Origin: Acidimicrobiia bacterium UBA4744
GTDB lineage: Bacteria > Actinomycetota > Acidimicrobiia > Spongiisociales > UBA4744
Direction: 5' to 3'
Length of the DNA: 32,511 nt
NCBI GenBank assembly: GCA_002403855.1
Contig: DHIO01000031.1
Location: forward strand, 32,090 to 64,600
This document shows positions 19,092-28,368 of this stretch, piece after piece. Under the pieces are notes generated by a model, which ran no database searches, was not told where the DNA came from, and worked only from the letters and a program-made list of their open reading frames with translations. The stretch's first letter is position 1. Every line of letters begins with the position of its first letter. The position numbers and the translations under genes were made by a program.

Positions 19092-20023
19092 GCACCCTCC
19101 CCACCGTCGAGAAGTCCCTTTCGATCGGCTTCCGACTCGTCGGGCCACAGCGGGAAGAACATCAACCACTGGTCGGGGTTGGCCCGAATGGCAGCCTCGG
19201 CTTGTTCGAGGATCAGCGAAGTGACGTCATCGATGTCCCCCGGCGGATCGGCGCAGTCGATGGGATCGTTGTGGCGGACCTCGTAGCGCCCGTCGGGAGT
19301 CCGAATGACCCAGACGAAGAAGAGAAGAGCTCCGGTCGACATGGCGAGCCTGGTATATCCGTTCCAGAGGCGCGTAGGCCGGTCGAAAAAGACAACTTCA
19401 TTGGACTTGCGCCCGGGTGGGACCGGACGGTCGATGGCCGTGAACACGATCCCGGCAGATTCGAGACGGTCGGCTGCTTCCACCATTGCCTCTTTGGAGG
19501 CAGGAGTGATGACCAGTCCGTGGTCGGAGCGCAGTTCGTTGACGAGGCGATAGCCGGCCGGGGGAGCAGCGTAGGAGATGACCTGCACCCGGAAATCGGT
19601 TGCGGTGACGGAGACACCCACCAGATCGAGAGCGCCGATGTGGGCCGAAACTCCCAGGACGCCGCGCCCATCCCTTCTCGCCTTCTCGAGCATTTCGACA
19701 AGGTCGGGGGGCAGCGGCGCCAGCTCACCGAGTGCTTCCCGGCCGTGGGCGACCTTGTGAAAGAACTCAAAGCCGGCCATGCCGGCGTGGTACAGGACAT
19801 TGACGACCTGCTTCTTGAGAGCAGGGTCGTCTTCGGAAGTGGCGAGGACCACCGCCAGGTTGGACTTGACCGCCGAAACCATTCGCGAGTTGCGGCGCCG
19901 GGATGACAACCTGGCTATTCCCCTGATTCCCACCGAGGCAAGATCCGGGGGTACCACCTTGCCGAACCACAGTGCCGTCCTGAGCCCCCTGTCGGTGTTG
20001 AGGAAGTCCTGGAGGCGGCTCAA
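19088..20023 (-). CDS. Lysophospholipid acyltransferase (PatA/LpxL-like)
   Basis: HIGALD (Hx4D), AIDRP, V.FF, AIRANPDQWLMFFPLW. TTG start; ATGA overlap with the next gene. Confidence 0.85.
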   Translation of the reverse strand: MSRLQDFLNTDRGLRTALWFGKVVPPDLASVGIRGIARLSSRRRNSRMVSAVKSNLAVVLATSEDDPALKKQVVNVLYHAGMAGFEFFHKVAHGREALGELAPLPPDLVEMLEKARRDGRGVLGVSAHIGALDLVGVSVTATDFRVQVISYAAPPAGYRLVNELRSDHGLVITPASKEAMVEAADRLESAGIVFTAIDRPVPPGRKSNEVVFFDRPTRLWNGYTRLAMSTGALLFFVWVIRTPDGRYEVRHNDPIDCADPPGDIDDVTSLILEQAEAAIRANPDQWLMFFPLWPDESEADRKGLLDGGEGA

Positions 20024-20034
20024 TTGGGCACCGC

Positions 20035-20628
20035 CTACATCTCCTGCCTGCCCACCAGAGCTCGCCCGAGAGTGAGCTCGTCGGCGTAGTCGAGGTCGCC
20101 ACCAACCGGGAGGCCACTGGCCAATCTGGTGACCCGAACCCCCAGCGGTTTCATCTCCCGAGCGACATACATGGCGGTGGCATCTCCTTCAACAGTCGGG
20201 TTGGTCGCCACGATCAGTTCCTCGATGCCTTCATTGCCGATCCGCTCCCGTAGCTCGGCAAAGTGGAGCTGACCGGGACCGACACCGCCGATTGGAGATA
20301 GTGCTCCACCCAGCACGTGATAACGCCCCCGGAACTCCTGGGTCTTCTCCACTACGACGATGTCCTGAGCGCGCTCTACCACGCACACCATGGCCGGATC
20401 GCGACGCAGGTCACGACAGATCGAGCATTCCTCCGATCCGGTCACGTTGAAGCACCGCGCACAGGTCTTCACCTGGTCCCGCATGTCCATAATCGCTTGC
20501 GCAAGGCGTCGGGCGTCGGCTTGCTCGACGTTGAGCAAATGAAAAGCCAGGCGCTGGGCCGATTTTCGCCCGATACCCGGCAGCCGCGAGAGCTCGTCGA
20601 TGAGACGCTGAACCGGGCCTTCGAACAT
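20035..20628 (-). CDS. recR: Recombination mediator RecR
   Basis: [15 protein letters not shown]4 zinc finger, [24 protein letters not shown]. Confidence 0.98.
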   Translation of the reverse strand: MFEGPVQRLIDELSRLPGIGRKSAQRLAFHLLNVEQADARRLAQAIMDMRDQVKTCARCFNVTGSEECSICRDLRRDPAMVCVVERAQDIVVVEKTQEFRGRYHVLGGALSPIGGVGPGQLHFAELRERIGNEGIEELIVATNPTVEGDATAMYVAREMKPLGVRVTRLASGLPVGGDLDYADELTLGRALVGRQEM

Positions 20629-20954
20629 CAGCCCAGCAACCCGCCCAGGTCCAGTCCCCCGGCGATTCCGCCCATGCCTGCCTGCGCCGCCTCGTTGGCG
20701 GCAGCGAGGGCCTGATTGGTGGCGGCAACGATCAGGTCACCCAACATCTCAGGATCTTCCGGGTCGATTACCTCGGGGTCGATCTCCACCGATACCAGCG
20801 AACCGCTCCCCGTCACCGTGGCGGTGACAACGCCGCCTCCGGCGGTGCCTTCGAAGGTTTGCGCAGCCAGTTCTTCTTGCTGCGCAGCCATCTCCTCCTG
20901 CATCTGCTGCGCTTGCTGCATCAGCTTGCGCATGTCTTGTGGTCGCATTCCCAT
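20628..20954 (-). CDS. ybaB: YbaB/EbfC nucleoid-associated protein
   Basis: [28 protein letters not shown]; lies between dnaX and recR. Start 20954 (or 20948). Confidence 0.95.
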   Translation of the reverse strand: MGMRPQDMRKLMQQAQQMQEEMAAQQEELAAQTFEGTAGGGVVTATVTGSGSLVSVEIDPEVIDPEDPEMLGDLIVAATNQALAAANEAAQAGMGGIAGGLDLGGLLG

Positions 20955-21040
20955 GCCCGCAAGGGTAACCGAGAAGTGGCAGGTGGGGAGCTCAGGGTTC
21001 GCGAGAGGACGTTTCGCAGTTCCGAGGAGTGTCAAGCCTT

Positions 21041-21103
21041 TGTCTGCTGCTTGCCGCCTTCTGCTCCCTGCTTGCTGCGAAGCCCGAAACCTGGAACCCG
21101 AAT
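21041..21103. repeat. Degenerate heptamer tract
   Basis: tgtctgc tgcttgc cgccttc tgctccc tgcttgc tgcgaag, then cccgaaa cctggaa cccgaat. Confidence 0.6.
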
Positions 21104-21109
21104 TCCGCT

Positions 21110-22921
21110 TCAGTCGTCCTCGACAACCTCCTCGATCACCTGGCCGCCCAGCAGTCCCTCGACCAGGGCGTCCGGATCAGTTGGCACCGACGGGGTCTCC
21201 AACAACTCATGCTTGTTCGGCGAACTCTCGTTCTTCTCGGACTGAGCCTCGCCGTCTTCCGCCCGGCTTCCCGACCGGAACTGGATGCGAACGGCTCCTC
21301 CGAGCAACTCCGCAGCGCGATCTTCGACAATCTGCTTGACCAGGTCATCCGCCTGGAGCTGTTCGAGGTGAAAGGAGAGGTGGTCGGGCAGATTCAAGGT
21401 AACCGTCGAACCATCGACATCACCGGGACTGGCTTCACGAAAAAGAGCCTGTCGCCGCGGGCCGAGCTCGTCTCGAACCCCGGCGACCAGGGCAGGCCAC
21501 ACCGATTCGATTTGCCCAAGAGTGAGATCAGCAATGGGTTGGCGGGCAGCTTCGAGCGTCGACTCTTCGGCCGGCGGTTGGTCGGACCCGGCCGGCTCGG
21601 TGGGCTTCTGTTCGGCCGGCATTGGCTCATCCGGGAGTTCGATGAGCGGCCGCTCGCCGGACATCGGAGCGGGAGTGGATGCCTCGGCCTTCTCAACATC
21701 CTCATCGATAGCGTCAGATCCGGCCGAGGCCGAGGCCCGGGTGGTCGCCGGGGGTGCGGTGCCGAGACGTCGGACCCGTTGCTCGAGCTTGTCGATTCGC
21801 GCCGCCATCGAGGCGGGGTCGCCTGCTGTTTCGGGCCGGGTCAGCTTCAGCAAGGTGATCTCGACCATCAAACGTTCCTCGCGCCCCTCCCTGAGCCGCA
21901 ACAGGGCGTCGGCGAGATGGTCGACCGCTCGCAGCACATCCGAAGCCGGGAGCTCCTTTGAAACCTTCGTCCACTCGTCCAGCACATCGGCAGGTTCGTC
22001 TGCCACTTCGGCGAGGTTTGGCGCGTAGTGCGCCAGGAATACGCCGCGGAAGAAGGCAATGCCTTCAGTCACGAAACGGCGCAGGTCGACGCCCTCCGCC
22101 GAGAGCGCAGCCACCATCTCGATAGCGGCCCGGGCGTCCTGTTGCACAACGGCCCGGGCCAGATCGGCGTAGACCTCCGAATCGGCCAGGCCGAGGGCAC
22201 GATTGACCCCGCGCACCCCGACCGAACCATCGCCGAGAGCCGCGACCTGCTCGAGAAGACTCAGCGCATCTCTCACCGAGCCTCGAGCGTGCCGGGCGAC
22301 GGAGGTCAGTGCCGGCGGCTCCACTTCGAAACCTTGAGATTGGCTGATCTGATCCAGATAGCCCGCCAGCACTTCCACCGCGACATTGTGGAAGTCGAAC
22401 CGCTGGCTGCGGCTTCGAATGGTGTCGAGCAGTTTGTAGGGCTCGGTGGTGGCCAGAACGAAGTGAACGTGCGCCGGTGGCTCCTCGAGAGTCTTGAGGA
22501 GTGCATTTCCGGCAGCTTTGGAGAGCATGTGGGCTTCGTCCAGGATGAAGACCCGCTTGGCTCCGCCCACCGAAGCAACGGTGGTAACACTCACTCGGAT
22601 GTCGCGAATGTCGTCGACGGAATTGTGCGACGCTGCATCGAGTTCGATCACGTCAAGCGAAGACCCCTCGGTGACCGAGACACAAGAGGTGCAAGTGTTG
22701 CAGGGCTCTCCGTCCTCGCCGAGGTTGGTGCAGTTCAGAGCTTTGGCGAGAATCCGGGCCGTGGTCGTCTTGCCGGTTCCGCGGGGGCCGGCGAACAAAT
22801 AGGCGTGAGCCACCCGGCCCTCCTGAACCTCCCGCGCCAGTGTGTCGGTCACATGGCTCTGACCGATAATGCTGTCGAACCGTTGCGGCCGATACTTCCG
22901 ATAGAGGGCCTGGTACTCCAC
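21110..22921 (-). CDS. dnaX: DNA polymerase III subunit gamma/tau
   Basis: YQALYRKYRPQ, GPRGTGKTT, zinc-binding Cys cluster, DEAHML, TIRSRSQ. GTG start 22921. Confidence 0.97.
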   Translation of the reverse strand: MEYQALYRKYRPQRFDSIIGQSHVTDTLAREVQEGRVAHAYLFAGPRGTGKTTTARILAKALNCTNLGEDGEPCNTCTSCVSVTEGSSLDVIELDAASHNSVDDIRDIRVSVTTVASVGGAKRVFILDEAHMLSKAAGNALLKTLEEPPAHVHFVLATTEPYKLLDTIRSRSQRFDFHNVAVEVLAGYLDQISQSQGFEVEPPALTSVARHARGSVRDALSLLEQVAALGDGSVGVRGVNRALGLADSEVYADLARAVVQQDARAAIEMVAALSAEGVDLRRFVTEGIAFFRGVFLAHYAPNLAEVADEPADVLDEWTKVSKELPASDVLRAVDHLADALLRLREGREERLMVEITLLKLTRPETAGDPASMAARIDKLEQRVRRLGTAPPATTRASASAGSDAIDEDVEKAEASTPAPMSGERPLIELPDEPMPAEQKPTEPAGSDQPPAEESTLEAARQPIADLTLGQIESVWPALVAGVRDELGPRRQALFREASPGDVDGSTVTLNLPDHLSFHLEQLQADDLVKQIVEDRAAELLGGAVRIQFRSGSRAEDGEAQSEKNESSPNKHELLETPSVPTDPDALVEGLLGGQVIEEVVEDD

Positions 22922-23107
22922 GGCGGCGATGGTAGCGAATACCGATGACAGCGCCTCCGGCGATGCATCGGCGGTTGGGTGCTCTTCGCAATCGATCACC
23001 AGGTAGCCGCTCTGTTTCTGGGACCGACGGTCGACTACCGACCATTCGGTGCCGGCTCTATTGTGCCGATAGCCGACAACTGTCGTTCAGTTCCCTCACA
23101 ACCCCGC

Positions 23108-23198
23108 CGATGACCGACAATGACAATCAACACCGCCAACTGCTCGCGCCGCGAACCGACCCGTGACCAATGACGACTGACTACTGATAACCGATGAC
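23108..23198. repeat. Degenerate heptamer tract (YGACNAC-like)
   Basis: tgaccaa tgacgac tgactac tgataac cgatgac (23164-23198); looser copies at 23108-23142. Confidence 0.7.
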
Positions 23199-23976
23199 TT
23201 CAACCTCACACCCTTCAGTCTGGGCCAAGGGCCTCGTTCGCCGTTTCGGCAACAAAGTGGCCGTCGATGGTGTCGACCTGTCCATTGGCCGGGGGGAGTT
23301 CTATGGATTACTAGGACCCAATGGCGCCGGGAAGACCACGACGATCAAGATGATCGTCGGTTTGCTTCGGCCCACCGAAGGGACGGCCGGAATCAACTCG
23401 CTCGACACTTGGAGCCAGCCGCTCGAGGTCAAGCGAAAGATTGGCGTCCTCCCCGAGGAATTCAACCTGTACGAGCGTCTGACCGGTGCCGAGCTTCTGG
23501 ATTTCACATCGGCGATTCACCGCCTTCCGAGAGAGGACGCGGCGCAGCGCCGCCGAGAGTTGCTGCGACTGCTCGATCTCCAAGATGCAGCATCCGATCT
23601 GATCGCCGACTACTCGAGGGGGATGCGCAAGAAACTGGCGCTGGCTGCCGCCGTCATCCACGCCCCGCCGGTTCTGTTCCTCGACGAGCCGTTCGAAGGC
23701 GTCGACGCGGTGAGCGCGCGACTCATCCGGAGTCTGCTCCAGCAATACACCGCCCGAGGCGCAACGATCGTCTTCTCCTCACACGTCATGGAACTGGTTG
23801 AGCGACTCTGCACGCGAATCGGCATCATGATGCACGGCAAGCTGGTCGTGGAAGCCACTCCTGAAGAGTTGCGGCGCGAGTACGGAGTGACATCGGTTGA
23901 GGATGCCTTTCTGGAAGTGGTGGGAGCCGGTGACGTGGGCGAGGGACTGGAATGGTTGGGCGCCTCGTCTGGCTGA
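23194..23976 (+). CDS. ABC-2 type transporter ATP-binding protein
   Basis: GPNGAGKTT, YSRGMRKK signature, LFLDEP, SSH. Confidence 0.95.
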   Translation: MTSTSHPSVWAKGLVRRFGNKVAVDGVDLSIGRGEFYGLLGPNGAGKTTTIKMIVGLLRPTEGTAGINSLDTWSQPLEVKRKIGVLPEEFNLYERLTGAELLDFTSAIHRLPREDAAQRRRELLRLLDLQDAASDLIADYSRGMRKKLALAAAVIHAPPVLFLDEPFEGVDAVSARLIRSLLQQYTARGATIVFSSHVMELVERLCTRIGIMMHGKLVVEATPEELRREYGVTSVEDAFLEVVGAGDVGEGLEWLGASSG

Positions 23977-25556
23977 AGTGGCGGTTACTCGTCAACGGCG
24001 TGAGAGCCGACCGCCAGCGAGCCTTCGGGCTCCCTATCGTCACCATCGGCGTGGCCGCCATCGGCTTCTGGCTGTCCGGTAGGTACGGGCGAACCGCAAG
24101 CGAGATGTCCGACGCGGCGGCCGGCGACTTCACATTGTGGGTGATGCTGATCGTGTGGCTGGCCTGGACCACCCTGCCGGTCCTCCTGTTTCCGCTCGAC
24201 GAGACGCTGGATCCGGCGCGGTTCTCGCTGGCACCGATCAGCCGCACCCAGCTCATGGCCGGGCTCACCGCCGCGGGGCTCGTGACCCCCACCATCGTCG
24301 TACCGGTGCTGCTGCTCGCCACCAACGTCGCCCTGTTCTCGGGGCCGCTGACGGCTCTCGTGGCACTTCTTGCCAGCGGCCTCCTGCTCTTGCACTTCGT
24401 CGTCGGCGGCCAAACCTTCACGGCCCTTGTCTCCCTGGTTCTCCGGAGCCGTCGCGGACGCGACCTGGCCGTCGTCATCGTCTCGTCCCTCGGCCTCCTC
24501 GGGTTCGCCTTGCAGCAGACGATTGCCACGGCCATTGGCGAGTTTGGGTTGGCAGGAGCAGTCGACGTTTACAGCATCTCTTCGTGGTGGTGGGCACTGC
24601 CCCCGGTGGCCGCCCAGCAAGCCGCCGTGGCCGCCGCCGCCGGGTCATGGGGACAGGCCCTTCTCGCGCTGGTCGTTTCCGCCGGCTGGCTGGTAGCAAT
24701 CGTCTCGCTCTGGAACCGGTTGCTGTTGCGCCTGGTGACGACACCGGAATCGAGCCCACTCCGCAACAGCAAGCGCGTACGACGGACCATCACCGATCGG
24801 TCCGGATGGTCCACACCGGTCGTGGTCGCTCGCAAGGAACTGCTCTTCTATGTGCGGGACCCCCGCCTCCGGATGGTATGGACGGGTGCCGTGATCTTCC
24901 TAGGAGTGATCATCGCGACGCTTCTGATCGGAACCACTCAGCTGAGCGACATCCAACGCGCCGACTGGTTGCCGCTGCTCGGCCCGATGGTGGTGATCTT
25001 CATCGGCTTGCCGGTGGCGCTCAACCAGTTCGGTTGGGAACGCAACGCTTCCTCTTTCTTGTTCGTCCTCCCGGCCGGGCCCCGCCAGCTTCTCATCGGC
25101 AAGAACCTCGCCACCGGTACCGCTCTGTTCCTGGAGACGATGAGTCTGTCGGTCATCCTTGCCTGGGTGAGTGGCGGTTGGGAAACGTTGCCGATCGTCC
25201 CTCCGCTGGCCCTCACTGCGATCGGCTGCCAACTAGCCGTCGGCAACATCGTGTCCGTGCTGGCCCCGCTCCGCTTGCCCGACATGGGTACCGACCTGTT
25301 TGCCCAGGCGACCGAGCAGGGTTGTCTGGCAATTACCGCTCAGATGGTCTCCTTTTTCGTCATCGGGTTGCTGATGACCCTTCCGGCGAGCGCCTACGTG
25401 CTGGTGGTTTCGTTTGGTCAGAACCTGAATCCGTACACCGTATCGCTGGCCTCGCTGGCCTGGGGGGCCTCGATCTACGGCATCGGCTTGTGGATCTCCG
25501 GCCGCGTGCTGCGGAAGCGGATACCAGAAACGGTGGCGCTGGTCGAGACGGTGTGA
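23952..25556 (+). CDS. ABC-2 type transporter permease (double membrane domain)
   Basis: Highly hydrophobic 534-aa ORF with RKEL...RDP and GKNLA motifs; overlaps the ATPase gene. Confidence 0.85.
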   Translation: MVGRLVWLKWRLLVNGVRADRQRAFGLPIVTIGVAAIGFWLSGRYGRTASEMSDAAAGDFTLWVMLIVWLAWTTLPVLLFPLDETLDPARFSLAPISRTQLMAGLTAAGLVTPTIVVPVLLLATNVALFSGPLTALVALLASGLLLLHFVVGGQTFTALVSLVLRSRRGRDLAVVIVSSLGLLGFALQQTIATAIGEFGLAGAVDVYSISSWWWALPPVAAQQAAVAAAAGSWGQALLALVVSAGWLVAIVSLWNRLLLRLVTTPESSPLRNSKRVRRTITDRSGWSTPVVVARKELLFYVRDPRLRMVWTGAVIFLGVIIATLLIGTTQLSDIQRADWLPLLGPMVVIFIGLPVALNQFGWERNASSFLFVLPAGPRQLLIGKNLATGTALFLETMSLSVILAWVSGGWETLPIVPPLALTAIGCQLAVGNIVSVLAPLRLPDMGTDLFAQATEQGCLAITAQMVSFFVIGLLMTLPASAYVLVVSFGQNLNPYTVSLASLAWGASIYGIGLWISGRVLRKRIPETVALVETV

Positions 25557-25693
25557 GAGCCGACTTCGCCGGCAGCCGTCAGTCCTCGGTTGCCGGTGAG
25601 GCTGGGAGGTACTTCGTTGTCTGTGCTCGGTATTCCAAACGTGGTGATCCGGAGTACGCGATAGGAAGTACGTCGGATACCTAGTATCCGACT

Positions 25694-26260
25694 ATGACCT
25701 CCCTGCGCTTAGGCATCGACCTCGACGGAGTTGTCGCCGACTTCGTCGCCGGTTGGATCAGCCGCTACAACCAGGAGTTCGAGGCCGACTTGACACCCTC
25801 CTCGGTTACCACCTGGGACGGCCTGCACACCCTCACCCATTTTCGCAACAAGGACGAGTTCTGGAGGTGGGCGAGCGACCACGGCGGCGGGAGTGTGTTC
25901 CGCCACCTGGAAACGTACGATGGAGCCACTCAGGCTCTCCACGAGCTCGCCATGCAGGGCCACCAGGTCGTGATCCTCACCTTGAAGCCGGACTGGGCGG
26001 TCCACGATACGTTCGCCTGGATCGGCGACCACCGGATTCCCACCCGCGAAGTGCACATCATTTCCGAGAAGTGGCAGGTGCCGTGCGACATCTACCTCGA
26101 CGACTCCCCGGACCAACTGGCCCGTTATCTCGAGCACCGGCCCGACCGGCTCATATGCCGGTTTGTTCGGCCCTGGAACGACCCGATCGAAGGCGTCCTC
26201 GATGTCCAGAGCTGGGCTGATTTTGTTGAACTGACGACAACCCGGTCGAGGGCACACTGA
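25694..26260 (+). CDS. 5'(3')-deoxyribonucleotidase (NT5C-like HAD)
   Basis: GIDLDGVVADF, F..L..Y.GA, K...CDIYLDDSP, RPWN. Confidence 0.82.
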   Translation: MTSLRLGIDLDGVVADFVAGWISRYNQEFEADLTPSSVTTWDGLHTLTHFRNKDEFWRWASDHGGGSVFRHLETYDGATQALHELAMQGHQVVILTLKPDWAVHDTFAWIGDHRIPTREVHIISEKWQVPCDIYLDDSPDQLARYLEHRPDRLICRFVRPWNDPIEGVLDVQSWADFVELTTTRSRAH

Positions 26261-26398
26261 GTGCCAGCGAAACTAGGGACCTTCTCCTCATCGTCCGGGA
26301 CCTCCGCCGCCTGGGAGGGCGAGCAGCGGGCGTACTAGCCTTCGCAGTGCGGCAGCAGCCGCGCCGGAACCTGCCATACACGGGAGGAGTACGTTCGA

Positions 26399-27508
26399 AT
26401 GAAGCTCACCAAAGTGCTGGTGCTTCTGTTGGTGTTGGGCCTCATCGCAGCCGCGTGTGCCGGCGACGACGCCGAGGAAACCACCACCACGGAAGCCACC
26501 ACAACGACCACGGAAGCCACCACAACGACCACCGAAGCCACTACCACAACGGAAGAGCCGATGGCGGAGATCGGTTCGGCCGAAGCGCCGATCCAAGTGC
26601 TGTTCGTACCGTCGGTCAGCACGGCGACCATCACCACCGGCGGTGAGGTCATGGCCGACGCTCTCAAGGAAGCCACCGGACTCGAGTACGATGTTGTCGT
26701 ACCGACGTCCTACGCGGCCACCATTGAGTCGATGTGCGCAGCCCCCGATCGTTCGATGGGCTTCATTCCCGGTCTGGGTTATGTGCTCGCCAGCGAGTTG
26801 TGCAACGTCGATGTCTCATTCGCTGCAGTCCGCTACGGATGGGATGTCTACTGGGCGCAGATCATCGTGTCGCGTGACAGTGACATCGAGACCGTGGAAG
26901 ACCTTGACGGCCTGACCTGGGCGTATCCCGACCCGGGATCCACTTCTGGCTACCTGGCCATTCTGCCGATCCTGGAAGCCGCCGGCGTCACCCCCGGCGA
27001 CACGCTGGAGGCAGGCGGTCACACCGGTTCGGTGCGGGCCGTCTATCAGGGCGATGCGGACTTCGGATCTAGCTTCTTCAGCCCGCCTCTCTTGCCGGAA
27101 GGCCGGTGGGAAGTGGGCATGGAGCCCGACATCCCAGACGACCTGATTCCCGAGTGCGCCGTGACCGAAGAGAACCGACTCTTCTGCGGTGACTACCGGG
27201 TTCTGGATGCTCGGGCCAACCTCAGGGAAGAGGCTCCGGACGTAGTCCAGAAGGTGCGCATCCTGACCATTTCGGATGCCATCCCCAATGACACCCTCTC
27301 GTTCGGCCCGGACTTCCCGGCCGATGTGCGAGCGGATATCGAAGAAGCACTGGTCGCATTTGCCGAGACCGATGCGTGGTTCGAGTCGATTGGCAACTCG
27401 GACTTCTACGACTGGACCGGCCTCTCCCCGACCGACGACGCAGCCTTTGACCCGGTTCGCTTGATGGTGGCAGCCGCCGGCATCACTCTCGAAAACATCG
27501 GCGAGTAG
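26399..27508 (+). CDS. phnD: Phosphate/phosphonate ABC substrate-binding lipoprotein
   Basis: Lipobox IAAAC, Thr-rich linker, PTSYAATIE, DPGSTSGYL, GGHTGSV, IPND. Confidence 0.88.
   Translation: MKLTKVLVLLLVLGLIAAACAGDDAEETTTTEATTTTTEATTTTTEATTTTEEPMAEIGSAEAPIQVLFVPSVSTATITTGGEVMADALKEATGLEYDVVVPTSYAATIESMCAAPDRSMGFIPGLGYVLASELCNVDVSFAAVRYGWDVYWAQIIVSRDSDIETVEDLDGLTWAYPDPGSTSGYLAILPILEAAGVTPGDTLEAGGHTGSVRAVYQGDADFGSSFFSPPLLPEGRWEVGMEPDIPDDLIPECAVTEENRLFCGDYRVLDARANLREEAPDVVQKVRILTISDAIPNDTLSFGPDFPADVRADIEEALVAFAETDAWFESIGNSDFYDWTGLSPTDDAAFDPVRLMVAAAGITLENIGE
26489..26551 (+). repeat. 21-bp coding tandem repeat (TEATTTT)x3
   Basis: ACGGAAGCCACCACAACGACC twice exactly, plus one diverged copy. 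Confidence 0.9.
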
Positions 27509-27528
27509 CTACTCACCGAGGACTACCT

Positions 27529-27561
27529 GAGATGGAGCCCGGCGCAGCCGGGCTCCATCTC
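27529..27561 (+). promoter_or_regulatory. Perfect 15-bp stem-loop between phnD and phnC
   Basis: GAGATGGAGCCCGGC-gca-GCCGGGCTCCATCTC with no U-tract; probably an mRNA stabiliser or attenuator. Confidence 0.7.
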
Positions 27562-27611
27562 TGCGGGCAACCGATGCAGGTAGAGTGGCAACAAGAAAAA
27601 AAAAGGAGCGC

Positions 27612-28361
27612 GTGCTTAAAGTCGAGCATCTGACCAAGGTCTACGAAGGAGGAGTGCTCGCACTCGACGATGTCAGCTTCGAGGTCCCCGAAGGCGAGTT
27701 CCTGGCGGTCATCGGTTTGTCGGGCTCTGGGAAATCCACCCTGCTCCGCTGCATCAACCGCTTGATCGAACCAACCGACGGGCGAATCACCTGGAACGGT
27801 GTGGACATCACCGCCGCCACGCAAGACGAGATGCGCAGGATCCGGCGGCGCATCGGAATGGTGTTTCAGCACTTCAATCTGGTTCATCGTTCGACCGTAC
27901 TCACCAATGTGCTGGCCGGACGGCTCGGCTACACGACTCCAGCAGCGAGCATCATCAACCGGTTCGCCGCGGCCGATGTTTCCAAAGCACAAGAGACACT
28001 GGAGTTGGTCGGCATCGCCGACAAGGTGAACAATCGGGCCGACGAACTGAGCGGCGGCCAGCAGCAAAGGGTGGGAATCGCCCGTGCACTGATGCAGGAC
28101 CCGGAGATGATCCTCGCCGATGAGCCGGTTGCCAGTCTGGATCCGGTCCTCGCTCACAGCATCATGCAGTATCTCGACGTCATTCAGAAGCGCGGGGTCA
28201 CGGTGCTTTGCAGCCTCCACTTCCTCGACTTGGTCCAGCAGTACGCCGAACGCGCCATCGCTCTCAACGAAGGCAAGCTGATGTTCGATGGGGCGCCCGA
28301 AGCCATCGACGACGCCAGGTTCAAGGACATCTACGGACAGGAAGCCGAGCGGATCGGATGA
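27612..28361 (+). CDS. phnC: Phosphonate-type ABC transporter ATP-binding protein
   Basis: [48 protein letters not shown] start after AAGGAG. Confidence 0.93.
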   Translation: MLKVEHLTKVYEGGVLALDDVSFEVPEGEFLAVIGLSGSGKSTLLRCINRLIEPTDGRITWNGVDITAATQDEMRRIRRRIGMVFQHFNLVHRSTVLTNVLAGRLGYTTPAASIINRFAAADVSKAQETLELVGIADKVNNRADELSGGQQQRVGIARALMQDPEMILADEPVASLDPVLAHSIMQYLDVIQKRGVTVLCSLHFLDLVQQYAERAIALNEGKLMFDGAPEAIDDARFKDIYGQEAERIG

Positions 28362-28368
28362 AGTACTC

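Noticed and set aside
21110-22921. Programmed -1 frameshift in dnaX
   Set aside because: No A AAA AAG slippery site or long A run was seen on the coding strand.
22935-23190. SRP RNA or tRNA upstream of dnaX, where they often occur
   Set aside because: No SRP motif or cloverleaf found; the region contains heptamer repeats instead.
26290-26398. Riboswitch upstream of phnD
   Set aside because: Only a short GCGGC-AGCA-GCCGC hairpin after a TAGCCT box; no known aptamer consensus recognised.
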